A stretch of 64,000 nucleotides of DNA from a virus. Numbering within the stretch: the first letter of the stretch is position 1; every line of letters begins with the position of its first letter. The notes beneath the pieces were generated by a model. That model was not told the DNA's origin and did not search any database. It saw only the letters and a program-made list of their open reading frames with translations. The stretch covers positions 32,001 through 96,000 of IMG/VR virus record IMGVR_UViG_3300049571_000582; one strand, given 5' to 3'. A program made the position numbers and the translations under genes. Shown here piece by piece: positions 58,237 to 64,000 of the stretch.

Positions 58237-58836
58237 ATGCCCGAGTATGAGTTTTCCGGATGCGACAACGCCCAATGTCCCGACAAAAAGCGGGGCCGGA
58301 AGTTCGTCGACGTCACCAACTACTACGTGATCCGCTACCCGATGGGGAAAGCGCCTAGCCCTGGCACACGCATCCCCTGCCCCACCTGCGGTGAGGGAAC
58401 CATCCTTCGGATCTTCTCGCTGCCGCAGCTCAATGTGAGGCAGCAGCTCCCGGAGTTTCAGAATGGCCAATCGTACATGGCCAAACTCGCCGGCCAGGAC
58501 ACCAAGGTGACATTTGTAGATCACCCCCACACGAGCCCCGAGTACCAGAGGAACTTGGCGAACAAGGCACGGCAGGCTGGCGTGAGCAGCTTCTCGGCCA
58601 GCCGCAACATGCGGTATTCGGAGAAGCATGGGCAGATGGTCGTCGACGTCGTGAGCAACGTTCCGGATCCGCTCGGGCGCGCCCAGAGATCGGACGAGGC
58701 CAAGCGGGCGGCGGATACGGGGGTCGAGAGGGTGGATGTGCGCCAACCTGTGAAAGTTCGCAAATCAAAACCCAGTTCTTGCCCGATCTCCAAAGGGAAC
58801 CCAGGAAAGTACCGGATCCCGCTGAGGAAGACATGA
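58237..58836 (+). CDS. FmdB-like Zn-ribbon protein
   Basis: MPEYEF..C...CPTCG...RIFS. Confidence 0.65.
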   Translation: MPEYEFSGCDNAQCPDKKRGRKFVDVTNYYVIRYPMGKAPSPGTRIPCPTCGEGTILRIFSLPQLNVRQQLPEFQNGQSYMAKLAGQDTKVTFVDHPHTSPEYQRNLANKARQAGVSSFSASRNMRYSEKHGQMVVDVVSNVPDPLGRAQRSDEAKRAADTGVERVDVRQPVKVRKSKPSSCPISKGNPGKYRIPLRKT

Positions 58837-59225
58837 AGCCCTGCAAGGACTGCCATCCCGCCCACAACCCGAGCCTGCAGCCCCCGCCGGTGGTGACCGT
58901 GCCGGGGGCTGCCGCCGTTGCGGAGACGCGTGCGGACGAGACCGCGCAGAAGGCATCGCTCCCCAACACAGCCCCTCCGATTCTTGTCGAGCTCCTGCAC
59001 ATGGTAAAGGCCGCCCAGACGGAGCTGGCCGTGATCACGATCCTGCTCAAGAAACGCCACATCGTCACCGACGAAGAGCTCAACGACCTCCGCATGAGAA
59101 TCAGTCAGGCCAGCGAGAAGCAGCTTGCCGGGGCGGTCCAGCACCTGGGTCGCCAGTTCGCCCAGAGGCCTGTCGCCGGCCACGCCGAACCAATCAACGA
59201 TCCACGCCGGGGGCCGTCACGATGA
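58833..59225 (+). CDS. Hypothetical protein
   Basis: GAGGA RBS; ATGA overlap. Confidence 0.55.
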   Translation: MKPCKDCHPAHNPSLQPPPVVTVPGAAAVAETRADETAQKASLPNTAPPILVELLHMVKAAQTELAVITILLKKRHIVTDEELNDLRMRISQASEKQLAGAVQHLGRQFAQRPVAGHAEPINDPRRGPSR

Positions 59226-59917
59226 ACGGAAAGTGTTTGAATTGTGGCGAAGCCTTTGATGCTCGGTCCGCGACGGTGAAGCGCTCGGAGAAGTTCACCC
59301 ACCCACACCCCTTCACCACGCTTGTCACCTTTACCTCTGCGGCATGCGCCGGGTGCGGCAAGACACACGCCGTGGCAAGCAACATGCAACGCCCCACGCG
59401 GCCTCACGCGTGGCTGACCGACGACGAAATCATCCCCCTCAACAAGATGGCCTCGTTTGGGAAGGCCGACATCGCCCGTATCGACGGATCGCTCCCGGTG
59501 GACATTTACTGGTCCTGGGTACCCATCACCGACAGCCAGGGCGTCTCCACGCGGCTGGCCGAGAAGATCGCCTCCGATACGGCGATCTACAACCCCGGGC
59601 GTCATTCGCTCCTGGTGATGCCGGCCGAGGAGATCATTCCCGAGGTGGCGGCAATCGCCAAGCTGTTCACCGCAGCCGTCGCCATTGCGGGCATCACCGA
59701 CGACACCTTCGGCCCTTATGCCAGCCTCCGCGCCGAGCGATCGCTCTCGCGCACATTCGCTGCAAACCTCTCCACTGTGAAGCATTACTGGCCGGCCCTG
59801 ACTTTCAACAAAAACTGGTATCGCCCACTGAGCAATGAGAGTGAATTGATCAAGGCCTATGCCCGGCATCACCGCCGGAAGGCCACCGGCAGCGTCGAGG
59901 ATGGCAGCGATGAGTGA
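59222..59917 (+). CDS. Hypothetical protein with N-terminal CxxC pair
   Basis: CLNC...CAGC; ATGA overlap. Confidence 0.6.
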   Translation: MNGKCLNCGEAFDARSATVKRSEKFTHPHPFTTLVTFTSAACAGCGKTHAVASNMQRPTRPHAWLTDDEIIPLNKMASFGKADIARIDGSLPVDIYWSWVPITDSQGVSTRLAEKIASDTAIYNPGRHSLLVMPAEEIIPEVAAIAKLFTAAVAIAGITDDTFGPYASLRAERSLSRTFAANLSTVKHYWPALTFNKNWYRPLSNESELIKAYARHHRRKATGSVEDGSDE

Positions 59918-60581
59918 AGTTTACGCTATGAATCGTGGCTGCTCGATCGAGCCGATACCTGCAGACGTGCAGGCCATCCTAAGCCGCGTGTTCGACGACA
60001 AGGACATCTGCTCGGACGCCCCGCGTCATGGATCGAACTTTCGTCCCACCTACGTGCGGTGGGAGAAGGTCCTTTCCCGGCTGAACGAAGCCACCGGCGG
60101 AAACTGGGACTGGGTCATCGACGACGTCGACATCAGCCGCGACACCGGAACCGCCATCGTTCGTGGGCATGTCACCATTCATCTGCCTGGAGGGAAAAGG
60201 GTTACCCGGGGCGGCGTTGGCGCAGTGGTTCTGGAGATCAATCCGAACGGGTACTTCATCTCCGTCGCCGATGATGTCAAGGCTGCCGAGACTGACGCGT
60301 TCAAGCGGGCATGCGTGAAGCTCGGCATCGCCCTCCACCTCTACGAGAAAGACCGGGAAGTCCAGCAGATCCACGACCAGGCACGGGAGATGTCCGGGCA
60401 GCAGCCCGCGCAGCCTTTCCAGATCGCCCGAGTCCGCAACATGCTCGCACAGAACAACCTCAACGAAGCGGATCTCTGCCGCAGCCTCAACATCCGCCAA
60501 CTGGAAGATATGACCGCGTCGCAGGTGGCCAATGCCCTTTCCTCGGGGCCGTCGACCTACCTCAATACATCGCACGCGTAA
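59910..60581 (+). CDS. Rad52/Rad22 (Sak)-family single-strand annealing protein
   Basis: TYV...VLSRLNE..G.NW...KAAETDAFKRACVKLGIALHLY. Confidence 0.88.
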   Translation: MSEVYAMNRGCSIEPIPADVQAILSRVFDDKDICSDAPRHGSNFRPTYVRWEKVLSRLNEATGGNWDWVIDDVDISRDTGTAIVRGHVTIHLPGGKRVTRGGVGAVVLEINPNGYFISVADDVKAAETDAFKRACVKLGIALHLYEKDREVQQIHDQAREMSGQQPAQPFQIARVRNMLAQNNLNEADLCRSLNIRQLEDMTASQVANALSSGPSTYLNTSHA

Positions 60582-60635
60582 CGACCCTGGGAGGCCCTGG
60601 AGGGGGTAGGGGGCCCTATGGGAGGGGATCTGGTG

Positions 60636-60677
60636 TGGGGGCCCGGCGAATCAACCGCCGGGCTCCCATTATTTTTG
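60636..60677 (+). terminator. Intrinsic terminator
   Basis: GGGGGCCCGGCG/CGCCGGGCTCCC stem followed by ATTATTTTT. Confidence 0.6.
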
Positions 60678-60701
60678 CTGATTTTCTTTGGAGAGTGAAT
60701 C

Positions 60702-62714
60702 ATGTACCTCGGTGTCAATCTCGAAGGCATCAACGACTACGCCCGTAACTTCATGTTCGCGGACCTGATGAAGCAGTCCCGCGCCTGGGGCAGCTTGGAC
60801 AAGCCCTACGACGCTGCATCACCCGTTGATGCCTCCGGGTGGCCCACCAAGGATGCCGGAACATACCTGGTGACGGCTGCGACGGCGGGCACCGCCGCAG
60901 GCAAGTACCAGCTCGGCGGCCGCTACCGGGTCACCTGGGACGGAGACGGCAAGCTCGAGGGGTTCTCGATGGACGCCACCATCGAAAACTATGCGCACGA
61001 CGACAAGGCCAACACTTCGTCTGCTGACCTCGTCGTGCATGACAACAACGACCAGATCGCCATCCGCTTCCGCGGCACTAAAGCCGGCGTTCGCAATGTG
61101 AAGGTGTGGCAGCCAGGCTACGAGGACGGGAAGCGGACCTTCACCGACAACTTCCTGAAGCTCATCGCCCCCTTCTCGACGCTTCGATTCATGGATGCCA
61201 TGGGCACCAACGGCAGCCCGGTGAAGAATTGGTCGGATCGCACGCTTCAGACCTCGGCATCCCAGGCGGGGCCGGCGGGCATCGCGTACGAGTATATCGT
61301 CGAGTTGGCGAACCTGACCAAGAAGGACATCTGGGTCAACATCCCGCACCAATTCACAAGCGACTATGCGAAGCAGTTCGCCCAGTTGCTTTTCAAGGGG
61401 CTCGACAAGGACATCAACGTCTACGTCGAGCACTCCAATGAAACGTGGAACTGGGGATTTCCGCAGGCCGGCTGGAATCGCGACCAGGCTTCCGCGGAGC
61501 AGGCAGCGGGCACGTTCAACTACAACTACGACAAATGCGATAACGTCTATTACTGGGCGTGGCGTCGCAACGCTGAAATGGCGATCCAGATCCAGAAGAT
61601 CTTCTCCGATGTCTTCGGCACCACCAGCCGCGTTCGCGTCGTGCTGTGCGCCCAGATCGGGTGGGGCGAGGGTTCTTACCAACTCCAGCAGTACAGTGAC
61701 GCCCTTGCTTATGTGAAGGCCGTCCACGGAGACCCGAAGAACTACTTCTATGGCATCGGCTCGGGATCCTACACGGGCCTGAGCGACGCGGATAAGGCAC
61801 GCACTGACCTGACGGCCGACAGCGTGCTGCAGGCCATCATCTCGAACGTTGCGTGGTTCCGCCCCAAGCAGGACCTCATGACCAAGCTCGCCAAGTCCTA
61901 CGGTATCCGCAACGTCGCTTATGAAGGCGGCCTGGACTTGACCGCCCCTGACGATCTCATGAACCGGATCCGGAATGGAACCGCCACCGACGCCGATCGC
62001 GCCACGCTTGCGGCCCTACAGGATGTTCACTACCTCCCCGGGATGCAGGATTTTCTCCTGTCGCTTTTCAAGGACTGGTTCGCGGCGGACGGCGATGTCT
62101 TCTGCTGGTTCAATGCGTCGGGGCAGTTTGCCCAATACAGCTGGGGCGTCGTGGAAAATCCCATGAATCTTGCTACCCCCAAGTATGCCGCCCTCGCCCA
62201 GGTCGCCGCCAACGATGCGAGTTGGAAGCCGGCGAAGATCCCGCCCACCGTTCCCACTGGCCCGATCACCCCCACAACGCCTGCGGACCCTGCCCCCAAG
62301 GCTCCGGACGCCTATGCCGTCGTGAAGGTCACCGTCCCGGTTGCGCCATGCACGGTGAACGCGGAAGACGCGGCATGCTTTTCGGGAATGAAGATCGAGA
62401 GCAACACCCCGGACGGGTCGAAGAACCTGGGATACATCACCCCCATGGGCGTGGCAGGATTTCTTGTGGCGACGGAGAAGGTCGGACGCTACGGGATCAT
62501 GATCAATCTCTCGGGTATGGCTGACAGTATGCAGCTGGTCGTGTCCTCCGGCTTGTCGCTGGTCCGGGCCACCCTCAAGAGCACCGGTTCGTGGCAGAAC
62601 TACGTCGACGTCCTCGTGGGCGAGATGGAATTGCCGGCCGGGGTGTCGATGCTGCAGGTGATTTCGCTCACCGGCGGAATCAACATCCGAAGTGTGACGC
62701 TGAAAGGCGTATAA
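60702..62714 (+). CDS. Clan GH-A-like glycoside hydrolase with Pro/Thr linker and C-terminal CBM6/35-like module
   Basis: LRFMD, WVNIPH, VEHSNETWN (acid/base), AYEGG (nucleophile); C-terminal TGSWQNY...L.AG...G.NI. Confidence 0.72.
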   Translation: MYLGVNLEGINDYARNFMFADLMKQSRAWGSLDKPYDAASPVDASGWPTKDAGTYLVTAATAGTAAGKYQLGGRYRVTWDGDGKLEGFSMDATIENYAHDDKANTSSADLVVHDNNDQIAIRFRGTKAGVRNVKVWQPGYEDGKRTFTDNFLKLIAPFSTLRFMDAMGTNGSPVKNWSDRTLQTSASQAGPAGIAYEYIVELANLTKKDIWVNIPHQFTSDYAKQFAQLLFKGLDKDINVYVEHSNETWNWGFPQAGWNRDQASAEQAAGTFNYNYDKCDNVYYWAWRRNAEMAIQIQKIFSDVFGTTSRVRVVLCAQIGWGEGSYQLQQYSDALAYVKAVHGDPKNYFYGIGSGSYTGLSDADKARTDLTADSVLQAIISNVAWFRPKQDLMTKLAKSYGIRNVAYEGGLDLTAPDDLMNRIRNGTATDADRATLAALQDVHYLPGMQDFLLSLFKDWFAADGDVFCWFNASGQFAQYSWGVVENPMNLATPKYAALAQVAANDASWKPAKIPPTVPTGPITPTTPADPAPKAPDAYAVVKVTVPVAPCTVNAEDAACFSGMKIESNTPDGSKNLGYITPMGVAGFLVATEKVGRYGIMINLSGMADSMQLVVSSGLSLVRATLKSTGSWQNYVDVLVGEMELPAGVSMLQVISLTGGINIRSVTLKGV

Positions 62715-62727
62715 CCTAAATGGTGAC

Positions 62728-62760
62728 GGCCCGGGGCACATCGCCCCGGGCCTCTTACTT
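62728..62760 (+). terminator. Hairpin, probable terminator
   Basis: GGCCCGGGGC/GCCCCGGGCC stem followed by TCTTACTT. Confidence 0.55.
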
Positions 62761-62773
62761 AATGGGGGGAACT

Positions 62774-63328
62774 ATGTCGACCTTGATGCAGGCACGATAC
62801 ATCTACGGGCTGGGCGAGGGGCGCACGGGCCGTGGAAATGGACTCGCCGACAGTGCGGACTGGACACGCCAGACGTTCCCGGATGTCGACGTCGTGATCA
62901 ATGAGTATGGCGACGATGTTGCCCGGGAACTCCGCGAGAGTGCCCAGCGGGGCATCCGGCTGTTCTTCCTGGCGGGCCACAGCTTCGGTGGCGCTGCGAT
63001 CATTCGGGCGGCCAAGGAGCTTGAGCAGGAACTGTCAATCCAGGTTGCGGTGCTGGTGGATCCGGTCACCAATTTGCTCTGGGGGCAAACCAAGGCTTCT
63101 GCATGGCATGTCCAGGACAACATCCTTGATGCGATGTGCTTTTACCAGCGGCAAAGCGTGTTTCCTGTTTGCTCGAGCATGATCAGGAATCTGGGGCCGG
63201 GGCGGACCAACACCCTGGTGGATGGCCTTTCCCGGTACGAGCACTGCACGATCTGCAAGGATGAAAGGGTGCACCTGCACATTAGTTCGCAGATCACGAA
63301 GATGCATCAGCGTGCGATTGACGGGTGA
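62774..63328 (+). CDS. Minimal alpha/beta hydrolase
   Basis: AGHSFGG nucleophile elbow, LVDP, and a C-terminal His. Confidence 0.78.
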   Translation: MSTLMQARYIYGLGEGRTGRGNGLADSADWTRQTFPDVDVVINEYGDDVARELRESAQRGIRLFFLAGHSFGGAAIIRAAKELEQELSIQVAVLVDPVTNLLWGQTKASAWHVQDNILDAMCFYQRQSVFPVCSSMIRNLGPGRTNTLVDGLSRYEHCTICKDERVHLHISSQITKMHQRAIDG

Positions 63329-63336
63329 GCGACGGG

Positions 63337-63457
63337 AAAGGCGTACCGGGGCCGGCGGCGTTGGGATGAAACTGTTCAGGGAGTAGGAAGCTCACCTGCA
63401 GTCGCGTCTGACGCATCCTGCCAGTAAGGTCGGTGTGCCTTGCCACGGTACGCCTTT
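63337..63457 (+). ncRNA. Candidate structured RNA (rod-like, 121 nt)
   Basis: Perfect 12-bp terminal stem AAAGGCGTACCG/CGGTACGCCTTT enclosing nested stems. Confidence 0.4.
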
Positions 63458-63719
63458 AATGCCGATCAATGACAGTCAGGTCTCCAGAAGCTTTCCTAAC
63501 ACAGGTGTCCAAACGTCGGACCCCACGACGTATTGCATCGACAATGCAACGCTAAGTCAACGCCCCACCCGTCACCATGAGCACATAACTTAGTTCAGTT
63601 ACATACTTTATCGAAGACGTAGATATTTCCTTGCAATCTCATGGCAACCCACACTACACTCCCCCGTAAGCGACAATGGCTTATTTTGTGATCTGCAATG
63701 CAATTTTGGGAGAAGTGGC

Positions 63720-64000
63720 ATGGGTGTCGGGCACAAAATCACCTCCCTGACAGTTTTGACGTGTATCCTTGTTGGCCTCGTACGCGCATTTGCGGCAGCC
63801 CCCGGCACTCCTGCTCCTACCAGCACACGTCCTGCATTTGGTCCAACGCCTGCGCCACCTATTGAGCAGAACCGGTTGAATCAAACCCAGCCGGCGGAAA
63901 ATGTCACCGTCGTGAGCGGCTTAGCGGGGTCAAAAGCGTTCGTGGTTTCCAAGATAGACGCCGCGCACTTTTCAGTGAACTTGTCCAAGTCGCCGTCTCC
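63720..64000 (+). CDS. Secreted protein, 3'-truncated (not in the ORF track)
   Basis: GGGAGA RBS then ATG 63720; MGVGHKITSLTVLTCILVGLVRAFA signal peptide; open to the window end. Confidence 0.6.
   Translation, partial: MGVGHKITSLTVLTCILVGLVRAFAAAPGTPAPTSTRPAFGPTPAPPIEQNRLNQTQPAENVTVVSGLAGSKAFVVSKIDAAHFSVNLSKSPS

Noticed and set aside
63360-63420. Hammerhead ribozyme or SRP RNA
   Set aside because: GAAAC...GUC is present but the CUGANGA core is missing, and the SRP domain IV loop consensus is not matched.
1-64000. tRNA/rRNA genes, transposases, integrase, alternative genetic code
   Set aside because: None recognisable by eye. Known genes read full-length in the standard code, with TAA, TAG and TGA all used as stops.

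Overview
This is a gene-dense, GC-rich segment that reads as part of a large or jumbo tailed-phage genome. I saw no host housekeeping genes, rRNA, tRNA or CRISPR array. It falls into three blocks. (1) 1-26238 (+) is a virion/tail-type block: very large Cys/Trp/Tyr-rich proteins (one 5'-truncated, then 2729, ~996 and 1614 aa), a patatin phospholipase, a MerR-type HTH, a GAF/holin-like protein, an endonuclease VII and a mini-subtilase. (2) 26220-40347 (-) is a nucleotide-metabolism block: ThyA, a frameshifted P-loop kinase, a RecD2-like helicase, a metallophosphoesterase, class II RNR NrdJ, a sigma factor, a dCMP-deaminase-like protein and two lipoproteins. (3) 41003-64000 (+) is a replication/recombination block downstream of an iteron-containing divergent region: wHTH initiator-like protein, RecA, DnaB, DnaG, SSB, RuvC, DUF5664 diphosphohydrolase, Cas4/RecB-like nuclease, degenerate UDG, split DnaE, a second sigma factor, MmcB-like nuclease, Rad52-like annealase, a GH+CBM enzyme and an alpha/beta hydrolase. 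The most notable observations are: a DnaE naturally split at the PHP/palm linker with no intein, the halves separated by a terminator, a sigma gene and a nuclease gene; a recurring bipartite promoter-like motif AAWC-N13-TGCCCGAWC that plausibly marks a phage sigma regulon; 21-bp iterons at a likely origin; atypical nucleotide enzymes (Zn-ribbon insert in ThyA, HAD instead of HAE in the deaminase); CUB-, discoidin- and beta-propeller-like modules in virion proteins; a probable ATC start codon; and a ~120-nt rod-like candidate ncRNA. All family calls come from recognising motifs by eye; no searches were run.
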